Shown here: one piece after another, positions 11,701 through 20,441 of the stretch
Numbering within the stretch: the stretch's first letter is position 1
How the letters are laid out: each line of letters starts with the position of its first letter
Source of the DNA: an uncultured Methanosarcinales archaeon
GTDB taxonomy: Archaea; Nanobdellota; Nanobdellia; Woesearchaeales; DSVV01
Assembly: GCA_964593285.1 (NCBI GenBank)
Contig: CAZQHZ010000003.1
Span: 1-64,000 of the forward strand
DNA length: 64,000 nt
Reading direction: 5' to 3'
Program-made: the position numbers and the translations under genes
The notes under the pieces: model-generated
Told to the model about the DNA's origin: nothing
The model's input: only the letters and a program-made list of their open reading frames with translations
Database searches by the model: none

Positions 11701-14700
11701 ATATTTGGTGTTGTTTTATATGGTAGATTATTAAATGTTAGAATTGCAGATTTATTTAATCTATTGTCTAATGATGTGTTTATTGTAATGTTATTATATT
11801 CAATTTTAATTATATTATTAATATCAGCACCACCACTTAAATTTAAATTATCTGTAAAATTAATTCTTCCAATGTCTGTTTTTTCAACATAAAAATTTTC
11901 TATATTAGATGTATTTATTTGGCTCATGTTTGTTGTAATTCCATCATATTCTGATAAATCAATAACATCAAAATAACTAGTGTTTGATTTAATTGAATTT
12001 GTTTCATCTGAACAATTAATAAACCAGTAATTTCTTTTTATATCTAAATTATTAACATTAAGAGTATTTATTTGATTTAATAATATGGTATTAGAGGTAT
12101 TTTTTAATTCATCATCTATGTATATAGAACAATTATTTACTTGGTTGTTGTTTGTTACATTAAATTTAAAGCTTGCATTAATGTTAGTTGCACTATCAAT
12201 TATTGGACTAATTAAATCAATATTGAAATTATCTATTTTAACTGTAAATGTAACATTAGTGTGGTTGATACTTCCAAAAGTATTATTTGCCCATACATGT
12301 AAAGTATTTTGCCCTTCTGGAAATGTTATGTTTATTGGATTTATGTATGTTTCGTTTGTTCCTTCAAAATTATACCATGTGGAATTTAGATTTTCATCTT
12401 CAACAGATATATTAACCAAGATGTCTTGATTGTTATAAATCATGGCATTTATAGGAGAATGTATTGTTATGTTGGGTTTTGGTTTTTTAATTATATTAAA
12501 TTGCTTTGATTGTGTTTTTAAATTTAATGAACTTATATTTAGAGTGTATGTTCCTATTGTACTAATTGCTAAATCATCAAAAATTGTAGTTCCTGAATTA
12601 TTTGTGGTTTTTGTTGTTGTTCCTGAAAAAAAATTTCCAGTATTAAGTGTTATATCAATTTGTTTTCCAACTATTGGTTGAGCAAATTCATCAAGCAAAC
12701 TAACTTTTATTGGTGGATTAATAATTTGTTCACTGGTAGTGTTTGTTGGTTCGACAAGTATTGAGAGGTTTGTTGGTTTTTGATCTTGAAGTGTTATTGA
12801 ATTAAAACTTGGACTTGTTTTTTCGTTTTCTAAATTTGTTAATTTTATTAATATTTTAAAGTTTTCATGTTCGTTTTGCCATGAAATTGATTGCTCTGTT
12901 TGACCAATAATTTCGTATTTTTTTATTTCTTCATTAATTGTTTTTGGTGAGCCAATTACTGTAATATTAATTCCACCATTTTCAAGTGTATAATTGAGTT
13001 GTTTGATATTAGGTTTTATTGGTATATTTAGTGTTCTTGTATCTGTTTCTAACAAGCCTTTGGTTAATTTAATTTTTTTTTCTATTGGGACATTATCAAT
13101 CCATTTAGGATTATTAATAAATATTGCATCATAATTATTATTGCTAATATCAGAAGTAGTTGTTCCTTCTCCTTCTAACATTGGTAAATGTAGGGTTAAT
13201 CCCATTTTTATATCTTCTCCTGATGCAAGATTATTTACTTCTGTTTCTGTTAAAACTCTATCATATACACGTACATCATGTATGATTCCATCAAAAGTTT
13301 CTGTTTCTGGCCTATTTGTCCACCAACCGATTTTAAATGTTTCATCATCTACAGTATTTAGTGAAACTAGTTCATTTGCTATTTGTGTTCCATTAACATA
13401 AATAATAACTTCTGTTCCATCATAAGTTATTGTAAAATGTGTCCATTCATTAAATGATTGTATTCCTATATTTGTAGTATCAAAATTTATATCTTCTGAT
13501 CCCCAAAATTGTGCTCTCCAATTATTTTCTGAATTGAGTGTTCTTAGAGAAAAATCTTCTCCATTATTACCCGTTGTTCCTAATGAGAAAATTGCTCCTG
13601 CATCATCGAAGATTCTTGTATTTGCCCAAACACTCACTGTTCTTGGTTTTGCGCCATCAATATTAAGGTCGCTTGCAGTTGCTGTTGTTTCTAAATAATC
13701 TCCTAAACCTGATAAATTGAGTGCATATCTTTTATTTTTCAGAAATAATTCTGCATTATTATCTTCTCCTTTTATTGTTATATTTGTTTTTGCTTGCGCA
13801 TTATTCCAATCATCATAATTTTTCCATGTTAATGTTGGTCTAAATATACTAAATTTTTCTGATTCATTTGTTATATTTAAAAAACTATTAAGTGTTGCAT
13901 TAAGCGTATAATTTCCTTTTTGGTTTATGATTAAATTTTCAAACTCTGCTATTCCTTGATTGTTTGTAGTTTTTGTTGTTGTTCCTAAAAGAGTTTTACT
14001 TGAATCATTGAGTTTTATTGTTATTTGTTCATTTTGGACTCCATTTAAAAATTCATCAACTACTTTTAGAGTTGGAGGTCCTTGTATAAAATTATTTGTT
14101 ATAGTATTGCTTGGTTGTTGAATAAAAATTATTTTTTTTGGTATATTTGAAAATATTGAGAATTTATTTGATAAAGAAAATTCTTCACTAATGCTACTAT
14201 CTATTTGTAATTTGAAACTTCCTGCTGTTGTCATTATTAAATCATCATAAACAACCATTCCTGATTCATTTGTAGTTTTTGTTGTTGTTCCAAAAAAAAG
14301 ATTTGCCCCCATGACTGAAAGGTTGAGGTCAACACCAGCAATTGGATTACCTAAATTATCTTTATAAAGTGCAACAATTTCGTCGATTGTTTCTCCTGCA
14401 GTTGTATTTGTTGGTTGCTTAATAAAACTAATTCCTGATTCTATTATTGAAAAACTATTAGTTGTAGTTGAATTAATATCTGTTGCACTAAAAGTTATTT
14501 CATATAATCCTTTATTAGGTATTATCAAATTATTAAATACTGAAATTCCTGAAGAATTAGTATTAACTGTTGTTATACTTTCACTAGTAAAGCTTGAGTC
14601 ATTTATTGTTGCAGTTATGGTAATGTTTTCTTGTTTTACTGAATTGTTAAATTTATCAACTAATTGTATTGTTGGTGGACCTCTTATTGGTTCTTCTTGT

Positions 14701-17700
14701 AAAGAGTTTTGTGGTTCAACAATAACAGATAAGTTATTTGCAATATTTGATTGTATAGTAAATGAGTCAGATTCTATATTTTTTCCTGTTTCCTCATATA
14801 TAAAATTAAGTCTATATGTTCCTGCTTTGTTTATTATTAAATTATCAAAAACAGCAATTCCTGATGTATTTGTTGTTTTTGTTGTTGTTCCTAAACTAAA
14901 GTTTCCACCTATAAGTTCTACAGTGACATTTTTTCCAACTTTTGGTTCACCTTTTTTTGTCGTTATTTTTACACTTGGTGGGCCTTGAATTGTTTGTCCT
15001 GCTGTTGTGTTTTTTGGTTGTTTTATTGTAATATTTTGTTGTATATATTTTATAATAATTATCCCAGATCCTCCATTAGCTCCTGGAACATCGTTATTAC
15101 CTCCACCACCACCACCGCCTAGGCCATCGATTCCATTTGTTGGAACAATATTAGTGTTTCCACCAGTTCCACCTCCGCCAAGACCACCAACACCAGGGTC
15201 ATTTCTATTTTGAGCAGCACCACCTCCGCCCCCACCAGCATAATATGTTGGTATTCCTGTAATGTTTATTTCAAGTCCATCACCACCTTTAGTTCCAGGG
15301 TCATCACTATTACAAGATCCGTCTTCTCCAGCACTTTCTGCACCACCCCCTCCTGATGCAGGACCTCCTGCAGGACTATTTGGACAGTTTCCTCCTCTGT
15401 TACCAAATCCTTTAGAAATGCTTCCTGGTTGTAATGAAATTCCTCCTGGGTTTCCACGACTTCCACCGCCACTACCTCCTGAATTTCCTTGCATGTTTCC
15501 ACCAGCTCCACCACCTCCTCCAATTGCAGTTAAATTTGCAAAAGTACTATTTTCTCCATTTTCCCCTGGTGTATTTCCTAATATTGGAGCAATTCCTCCT
15601 TTGCCAACCTTTAGTTGAATAGGATTTGAAAATTGGCTTATATTAAAATCTTCAATATAAATAAGGCCTCCAGCACCACCACCACCAGCTCCCGCATTAC
15701 TATAACTAAGGCTTGATCCACCAGCTCCACCACCACCAACAATCAAAATATCAATTAAATCAATACCTTCTGGTTTTGTCCAGTTATGTGTACCTACTGT
15801 GTCAAATATTTCTACATTATATATTAATTCTGATGTGGGATCTATTATATGATCAAATTCTATTGAACCATTGATTATTTTTAAATCAAAAGAATTTTGT
15901 GTTTTAATTAAATTTGTTAAATATACTTTATTGTATTCATTTGATTTAATATTTTTAAATTCTGCTAACTTTTCATTTGAATCAATTTCATATATTTCAA
16001 TAATAGGATTACCAGAAACTATTTTTGGAAAAATTGTAATATCATTTTTATTTGTTAGATTTTTTTCAAATGTAACTCTTATGTATTCTTGGTTTTTAAT
16101 TACAGAGCTCCATATATCATCTAATTTAAAAACTTGTTCATAAATATCTTCTATGAATGTTTTATTAGAATCAAGGTGGTGTGCTGAAGTGATTTCAATT
16201 ATTATTTCAAATGTTTGTGTTGATAGATGAGGGACAATCCATTCAATATAGTCAATAAATCCATCGTTATTTGTATCATTTACTAAAAAATCAATAAATT
16301 TGTCCTCTTCAATCCAAAATAATTTTATTTTATCTTTTTCTTCTATTTTAATTTTTTGATCAATATTTGTATGTGAAATAATATTTTCATAACCATACTC
16401 TTCATCACTATAAACAATAACTTTTTTTCCTTTATTTGTTTTTTCTTCTATTTTTTGTGGTGCTGAGGTTTTATATTTAATTTCTAAATTATTTACTTCT
16501 TCTGCAATTTGTATTGATTTTTCTTCTAAATTAATGTTTCTATTTACTTTTTCTTTTAATAATTTATTTTTTGAAATTGTTTTTGTTTTTTTAATATCTT
16601 CTATTATTTTTGTTTTTGATTCAACTTCATTAATTAATGGTTCATGTTTTATTTTTTCATCTTTTTTTCTTTCATTAATTATTATTTCTTTTGCATTTTT
16701 TGGAATTAATAATTCAATTTTTTCTTTGTTTTTATTTTCAATATTAATAGTCCATGAAACATTTTTTCCAATCCTTATTTTTTCATTTTGGATATCTACA
16801 TATGTATTATTAGGGGTATATTTAATTTCAAAAAAATTACTTTCAATAGTATTTATATTGTTGGTTGCAACTATTGAAATATTAGTTTTTCCAAATAAAT
16901 TTTCTTTTGGTTTAATATGTAATTTATTTTCAATGATGTTTATATCAAATTCATTAGTAATTGGTACTAGAAATGTTAAATCTTCTGATGAATTAAAATA
17001 TTCATATAAATTAATAATATATTCTTCATTATCAAATAAAGTAATGTTTGGTATATTTTTTATTAATAAAATTTCATCATCTTTTTCTATAATTTTTGTT
17101 TTATTGTTTGTTTTATTTTCTTTTGTTTCATTAATTAAATAAAATGTAGTATTTTTTGATTTTATTTTTTTATCATCTAAATTTGCTGTTATTTGTATAT
17201 TATATTTTCCAAAATCTATTGCATTAAAAAAATCTGTTTCATAGATGTTGTTATTATTAAAATCAATCATTTTTTGTGTAATTTGTCCATTTTCCCATTT
17301 TATTTTTGCATTAATATCTTGTAAATTTATATCATCATTAATTTTTGCAACAATTTGAATAAATTCATCTTTAGTGAAATTAGAATTATTAATTGGTGAA
17401 ATAATTTCTATTATTTCTTCATCAATTTTTGTTTTATTTTCAATTTTTGTTTCGTTTGCTTTTTCATTTTTTATTTTTGATTCTTCTTTAGTTGAAACAT
17501 AAAAACTTTGATTTATAGTTGTTATCATTTTATTATCTATATTGTATGCATTAACTAAAATTTCATATTCACCTTCATTTATTAATGAGATAAAAATTGT
17601 TTCATGGAGATTTTCTTTTTTAGAAAAGACTAAATTCATTTCTGTTCCTTCATGAATTAATTTTCCATTTATTTTTTCAATTGTTTTATTTGTTGTTTTA

Positions 17701-18425
17701 TTTTCTTTTACTATTATTTGTATTGGATTTTGTGGTTTTATTATTTTATTATTTTCAGGCGTAATTATTTGTATTAAATTATTAGCTACATTTGTTGTTT
17801 TATTTTCTTCTTTTAGTTGTTCTTTTTCTTCTTCATTTAAATTGGTATAATCATTAATTATTTTTGTCTTATTTATTGTTGAATTTAATTTGTTGTTTAA
17901 ATCTAAGAATAATAATTTATTAGTGTCATTTATTGAAAATAAATTATAATTTATTTTTGTTTGATTTATTTTAGTATTATTTTCTAATTTTAAATTTTTA
18001 ATATGTTTTGTTATATTATTAGTTATATTTTTTTTAGTTATTATTATATTTGTTTGGTTTAAATTATTTGTATAATTATTGTTGTGATTTATTATGATTT
18101 TATTTGTAGTGTAATTTTGATTAATTGTTTCATTAAATATTTTTTCTGAATTGTTGTATGTATTGATTATTAATTTTAGATTAATTGTTTTATTATTTTT
18201 TATTGTAGTTTTATTTATTATTTCATCTATAAAAATAATAATTTCTTCTGTTAAATTATTATAATTTTTATTTTTGTAGATAAAATTATCAAAATTATTT
18301 TCAATTGTTGGTGTTTTTTTATCAATTGTATCATTATTTGCAATTATAAGATTTAGATTAATTAATGCAATCATGATTATTAAAAAGTAAATTTTTAAAT
18401 TTTTAGTTATTTTATTTTTGTTCAT
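5730..18425 (-). CDS. Giant surface adhesin, 4231 aa (Gly-rich domain, Ig/Big-like repeats, three LamG-like domains, duplicated Cys domain, C-terminal subunit-like domain)
   Basis: Uninterrupted ORF with N-terminal signal; LIVGGGGAGG…GGSGIIIIKY Gly-rich domain; five QP.NT…GTTTKTTN..G repeats; three LamG motifs (WTHFTITYDG, GVIDEIRIY, WNHVAIVFDG); many NxT/S sequons; no C-terminal TM. Confidence 0.85.
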   Translation of the reverse strand: MNKNKITKNLKIYFLIIMIALINLNLIIANNDTIDKKTPTIENNFDNFIYKNKNYNNLTEEIIIFIDEIINKTTIKNNKTINLKLIINTYNNSEKIFNETINQNYTTNKIIINHNNNYTNNLNQTNIIITKKNITNNITKHIKNLKLENNTKINQTKINYNLFSINDTNKLLFLDLNNKLNSTINKTKIINDYTNLNEEEKEQLKEENKTTNVANNLIQIITPENNKIIKPQNPIQIIVKENKTTNKTIEKINGKLIHEGTEMNLVFSKKENLHETIFISLINEGEYEILVNAYNIDNKMITTINQSFYVSTKEESKIKNEKANETKIENKTKIDEEIIEIISPINNSNFTKDEFIQIVAKINDDINLQDINAKIKWENGQITQKMIDFNNNNIYETDFFNAIDFGKYNIQITANLDDKKIKSKNTTFYLINETKENKTNNKTKIIEKDDEILLIKNIPNITLFDNEEYIINLYEYFNSSEDLTFLVPITNEFDINIIENKLHIKPKENLFGKTNISIVATNNINTIESNFFEIKYTPNNTYVDIQNEKIRIGKNVSWTINIENKNKEKIELLIPKNAKEIIINERKKDEKIKHEPLINEVESKTKIIEDIKKTKTISKNKLLKEKVNRNINLEEKSIQIAEEVNNLEIKYKTSAPQKIEEKTNKGKKVIVYSDEEYGYENIISHTNIDQKIKIEEKDKIKLFWIEEDKFIDFLVNDTNNDGFIDYIEWIVPHLSTQTFEIIIEITSAHHLDSNKTFIEDIYEQVFKLDDIWSSVIKNQEYIRVTFEKNLTNKNDITIFPKIVSGNPIIEIYEIDSNEKLAEFKNIKSNEYNKVYLTNLIKTQNSFDLKIINGSIEFDHIIDPTSELIYNVEIFDTVGTHNWTKPEGIDLIDILIVGGGGAGGSSLSYSNAGAGGGGAGGLIYIEDFNISQFSNPIQLKVGKGGIAPILGNTPGENGENSTFANLTAIGGGGGAGGNMQGNSGGSGGGSRGNPGGISLQPGSISKGFGNRGGNCPNSPAGGPASGGGGAESAGEDGSCNSDDPGTKGGDGLEINITGIPTYYAGGGGGGAAQNRNDPGVGGLGGGGTGGNTNIVPTNGIDGLGGGGGGGNNDVPGANGGSGIIIIKYIQQNITIKQPKNTTAGQTIQGPPSVKITTKKGEPKVGKNVTVELIGGNFSLGTTTKTTNTSGIAVFDNLIINKAGTYRLNFIYEETGKNIESDSFTIQSNIANNLSVIVEPQNSLQEEPIRGPPTIQLVDKFNNSVKQENITITATINDSSFTSESITTVNTNSSGISVFNNLIIPNKGLYEITFSATDINSTTTNSFSIIESGISFIKQPTNTTAGETIDEIVALYKDNLGNPIAGVDLNLSVMGANLFFGTTTKTTNESGMVVYDDLIMTTAGSFKLQIDSSISEEFSLSNKFSIFSNIPKKIIFIQQPSNTITNNFIQGPPTLKVVDEFLNGVQNEQITIKLNDSSKTLLGTTTKTTNNQGIAEFENLIINQKGNYTLNATLNSFLNITNESEKFSIFRPTLTWKNYDDWNNAQAKTNITIKGEDNNAELFLKNKRYALNLSGLGDYLETTATASDLNIDGAKPRTVSVWANTRIFDDAGAIFSLGTTGNNGEDFSLRTLNSENNWRAQFWGSEDINFDTTNIGIQSFNEWTHFTITYDGTEVIIYVNGTQIANELVSLNTVDDETFKIGWWTNRPETETFDGIIHDVRVYDRVLTETEVNNLASGEDIKMGLTLHLPMLEGEGTTTSDISNNNYDAIFINNPKWIDNVPIEKKIKLTKGLLETDTRTLNIPIKPNIKQLNYTLENGGINITVIGSPKTINEEIKKYEIIGQTEQSISWQNEHENFKILIKLTNLENEKTSPSFNSITLQDQKPTNLSILVEPTNTTSEQIINPPIKVSLLDEFAQPIVGKQIDITLNTGNFFSGTTTKTTNNSGTTIFDDLAISTIGTYTLNISSLNLKTQSKQFNIIKKPKPNITIHSPINAMIYNNQDILVNISVEDENLNSTWYNFEGTNETYINPINITFPEGQNTLHVWANNTFGSINHTNVTFTVKIDNFNIDLISPIIDSATNINASFKFNVTNNNQVNNCSIYIDDELKNTSNTILLNQINTLNVNNLDIKRNYWFINCSDETNSIKSNTSYFDVIDLSEYDGITTNMSQINTSNIENFYVEKTDIGRINFTDNLNLSGGADINNIIKIEYNNITINTSLDNRLNKSAILTFNNLPYKTTPNIFKNNLHCDNLECQITSYNSETKSLQFNVSHFTSYTTKENTKLTIWDETDIEGGNLIKYIDEQVKIFANYTDYLTKESINGTNIFCEISFNDTGVWSIPVNMTFNNTHLLYEHNRSFQTNNTFYYNISCNGQEKEYEPISLIDSLIINFDNNIYFIPPTPNNYQTIYDDREEFMVNLREENLSIFNWNFDETKYSIYNNSLKLMLNLNNNANLGESSNTAIDISNNKYSASITDATYTNGKHENALLFNGGSARLRVPSFQDLNSKNSATISAWVKQNTISEDQYFLWAEGNVLIQFGDSYNVPGASNLRIRWHLGGDWGNSHTAIDVLNTNEWNYWTFVFDSGDTKIYKNGVNIYNGSDSQTQFSSISPNYDFGTRTGDGLNGVIDEIRIYDKVLTDDEILMNYYSNLNKINNTNWQFYSKIENLKEKQYSYYASFENNDSYFEKTETRFVNFIIPNSRLEIWDDTDITKGGQMMFANESINFYANYTNITDGSFINGTNVNCNINFTDKDSLMEFNETTKLYEYNRSFDEVGEYNYTILCNGSILEYDILNKTNTLTINEGEIAIRNLILESDSKLNHTTDNLTCSYEIAGSSTISAINWFKNNKSISLLNMPFEGNSTNALIDYSTNNNNGEYFGNSHWNYGNGLNNNGNIVLDGTNDWIRVNHSETFSQALDKMTIEAWIYDTASDTQPRGIISKRDSASSNRAFSLFLWTGRNIYFDVGSDRHSSTTSINANTWNHVAIVFDGTVESSQRKKFYINGEPAGVSSSTNTQIPVTPADIYIGILDANYGDSWQGRISNVRIYNDSLSYEQIKLLHENKENIIANNETKINDELQCSVTAFSDKDKSETLFSNKLLIDDKLPKITLITPEDNYITEVNLSINITFNATVTDDYGLNNCSLWHNYTGIWHENKTTIFNYNNYFSYEELEYNLTNLKRNKFIWNIYCYDNNSQLNYAENRTINIIDTINPSVFILDPTEGANYLANQKFEIIANVTDNDEIMIVRAKIEHSGGEEFITLYDNNDDGIYNATYNPLYLGRNNITILARDLSNNLNDTKTTWFNISYDTGAAIYCENSPCIANESLIISRDSIGGTQEPNQPNTIDDCTDGTSGTYMSDESIDHISVKSLNGSEFRALDTIEVNITAYCYDGTSDNVNFIYGNDSENLNWKVMDFINPCPAVGFNTITRTFILDNTTGIHAFRGSIQYQGTTTTTCGSGSYDDNDDLEFLVLKPREENPPTVEVIIPENKKTYFYNDIIPIQVNVTDKSDITEVYATIKKGTKEWRVDLYDYNLDDIFIGEFTNTKFIGNYSLKIYATDEFDNINNTEEIWFMVNDTGTLIVKQRGCIPSIIELNDTTTCHGYVNDENVNISNVLVNVTMPNGTIKNINPIQNITNETLYYFELNNTSLVGNYLVNWWANNTNSISREDETTFFAREYINPSVKIITPLKGTEFNTSDRINITINATDDTKIQNVTAKIIHPNLDISEIQLNHLDTDIYSNEFTDTRQIGNYSIQIIATDTSGNINNTEDTWVMLNFVSQGAIYCENSPCIADESLIISRDNIGGTQEPNQPNTIDDCTDGTSGTYMSDESIDHISVKSLNGSEFRALDTIEVNITAYCYDGTSDNVNFIYGNDSENLNWKVMDFINPCPAVGFNTITRTFVLDNKTGIHAFRGSIQYQGSTESTCGTGEYDDNDDLEFLVLKPREKNPPKLEILSPLNIIYTINDTIEIKANVTDQTDVITVYANVSWDNNYEIIQLQKENIFSTIYTNTFTNTNYVGEYSIEFFANDTFNNINNTEAITFNIDKYPYNIFYGNATANLMLGFDNNIFYEYNKPTIKNIYAIDIDSNINYDHLIPIGRNIHNNPASNDFYKLDVLLNLTNRSDSIKNLFATDNSTPKQTDTFNIYGRVVENVPIINSTNNSNFITGILWDSYNTISEEFDINEKQNIVFITKYNEEKQGKYGIYGYEIKIPYTLGNYSKSNNNIVFYKEIY
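6592..8495. repeat. Intragenic direct repeat (about 490 bp, offset 1410 bp)
   Basis: Copies at about 6592-7085 and 8002-8495. Core 6726-7022 equals 8136-8432 base for base (297 bp). Confidence 0.9.
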
Positions 18426-18427
18426 TT

Positions 18428-19333
18428 TTAAATTTCAATAATTCCATGTGTGAATAAATCAATTCTTTTTAAGCCAATTTTATTTTTTATTTTTTCAATA
18501 TTTTCTCCATTAAGATAATTAGTAATAATGTAATTTTTTCGAAGACTATTACAAGTTATTTTTTGGTTTAATTTTTTAGATATTTCATTAAAAATTTGTT
18601 GTACTCTTCTTTTTGTTAATTTTTTATTTTTTTTGTTAGAAAATAAATATTCGTCATCTTTTTTATTTTTTGAATATTTTTTTATTAAATTTATTGTATT
18701 TTTATCTATGTTAAATTCTATTTTTGAATCTTTAAATCTGATAAATATTTTATTTTTAGTTATATCTTTTTTTTTAATTTCAGTAATTTGTGATGTTTTA
18801 CATCCTGTGTTTTTTATTATAGAATAAATTAAAAAATCTCTTTCATTAATTTTTAAATTGGTATAATTTATTGAATCTATTTTTTTAATATTATTTTGTT
18901 TTTTTATTTTTATGATTTTATTTTTTGAATTTAAAATTATTAATTGTGTTTTTAGTAGTTTTAATTTATGTGGAGTTATTTTTATTTTTGTTTTTATTGA
19001 TAATTCTTTAAAAATTTGTTCTATTCTTCTTTTTGATAATTTTTTATTTTGATTATTTTCAAATAAATAATCTTCATTGTTTTTATTAGTTATTAACTCT
19101 TTTAATATTGTTAGTAATTTCTTTTCAGTTATTTTTTCTTTATGTTTGTTAATTGTAATTTCATTTTTTATTATCTTAATATCTTTTTTTTTTAAATTGA
19201 TAATTTTAGAACTATTTTGATTGAATAAAAAAATTAGATTAAAAATTAGATAATCTCGTTTATTTTGAATATTTTCTTTTAAAATATTAAATTTAGTTTC
19301 AATTTCTTTTTGCTTTTTTAAGCAATTATTCAT
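18428..19333 (-). CDS. Degenerate tyrosine recombinase/integrase-like protein with two tandem catalytic-domain copies
   Basis: Twice RDxLI…KKxDI…YLFxN…KKLS/TKRRxxQIF…KIT(P/C). Catalytic residues altered (TGCK, HKLK, NSLR; no evident terminal Tyr). Confidence 0.7.
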   Translation of the reverse strand: MNNCLKKQKEIETKFNILKENIQNKRDYLIFNLIFLFNQNSSKIINLKKKDIKIIKNEITINKHKEKITEKKLLTILKELITNKNNEDYLFENNQNKKLSKRRIEQIFKELSIKTKIKITPHKLKLLKTQLIILNSKNKIIKIKKQNNIKKIDSINYTNLKINERDFLIYSIIKNTGCKTSQITEIKKKDITKNKIFIRFKDSKIEFNIDKNTINLIKKYSKNKKDDEYLFSNKKNKKLTKRRVQQIFNEISKKLNQKITCNSLRKNYIITNYLNGENIEKIKNKIGLKRIDLFTHGIIEI

Positions 19334-19387
19334 TTATTTTTTCACTTTTTTTTAATTTTTATTTCGTTTTTTTGTAAATAGCGAAAT

Positions 19388-19487
19388 NNNNNNNNNNNNN
19401 NNNNNNNNNNNNNNNNNNNNNNNNNNNNNNNNNNNNNNNNNNNNNNNNNNNNNNNNNNNNNNNNNNNNNNNNNNNNNNNNNNNNNNN
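19388..19487. other. Scaffold gap (100 N) with 13-bp duplicated flanks
   Basis: TAAATAGCGAAAT at 19375-19387 and 19488-19500. Confidence 0.85.
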
Positions 19488-19512
19488 TAAATAGCGAAAT
19501 ATTTTAGAAATA

Positions 19513-20403
19513 TTAATTATTTTTCTTGTTTGTTTTTTCGTAAATATTGTAGGTTAATAAAATTATTAATATGAAAATTAATACTAAAAATGTTAATTTA
19601 TTCCAATCTTCTTTATGATGGAAAATTTTAAGTTTGGCACTTATTGGTATTTCATCTGGTGTATCTATATGAGGGGTTGTATCTTCTATTTCATCTTCAT
19701 CTCTAATTATTTTTCCTGGTGTATCTTCTTTTTCAGCTATTGTTTCATTGCATCTTTTTAGATCAATTGGATCTAAAAAAAAATAATATTTTGTATCTTT
19801 ATTTTTTGGTTTTGGTATCATTATTTGATAATCTATTATTTTTCCATTAAATCCAATTCTGTTTAATTTAATTTTTGTTACATAAACTAAATCGTTATTT
19901 TGTTTTAATAATCCTTGAATAAATGATTCTTCTTTTGAATGTGTTTTGGCTGAATAAAGTAGATATGTCTGATTTATAATTTTAAAATTTTCTCTTAATT
20001 TATACACATTAGTTGCAGATTGTTTATCATTTTTATCTAAATTTAAAATGTTATTAATATCTTGTGGATGTGCTGGTTGTAATTTTTCCCATTCAATTTT
20101 ATTTGATGTTGTTATATAGATTTTTGAATTATCACATCTAATTAAGCTAGGATTAAATTCAATTAATGATTCATAGTAGTTATTTAGTTGAATGTGATTT
20201 TGTTTTGAAATTTCAGATAAAGAGCCATAAATTCCATACCAATATATTTCTTGTTTTGAATATTCAATATCAAGTGAGCTAACTTTCCCGCCTTCTGCAA
20301 TAATTTTGCTTGTAATTTCAGGATTATAAATAATAACTATGAATATTAAATATAGAAATGAGATTGCAAGTATTATTGTAATTAATTTTTCTTTTGTAAT
20401 CAT
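19513..20403 (-). CDS. Membrane-anchored paralog of the 214-aa secreted protein
   Basis: N-terminal hydrophobic segment; AEGGKV, WYGIYG, GFNG…YQIMIP…YYFF; acidic/Pro linker; C-terminal TM with basic tail. Confidence 0.75.
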   Translation of the reverse strand: MITKEKLITIILAISFLYLIFIVIIYNPEITSKIIAEGGKVSSLDIEYSKQEIYWYGIYGSLSEISKQNHIQLNNYYESLIEFNPSLIRCDNSKIYITTSNKIEWEKLQPAHPQDINNILNLDKNDKQSATNVYKLRENFKIINQTYLLYSAKTHSKEESFIQGLLKQNNDLVYVTKIKLNRIGFNGKIIDYQIMIPKPKNKDTKYYFFLDPIDLKRCNETIAEKEDTPGKIIRDEDEIEDTTPHIDTPDEIPISAKLKIFHHKEDWNKLTFLVLIFILIILLTYNIYEKTNKKNN

Positions 20404-20441
20404 TAGTTGTTTATTATTTTTATTTGTTTATATAAAATTTT

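Noticed and set aside
15007..15622. Pro-rich ORFs on the + strand
   Set aside because: Antisense shadows of Gly codons in the giant adhesin.
19375..19500. 13-bp direct repeat as attL/attR for the recombinase
   Set aside because: Flanks an N gap like the other artefacts; cannot be treated as biological without reads.
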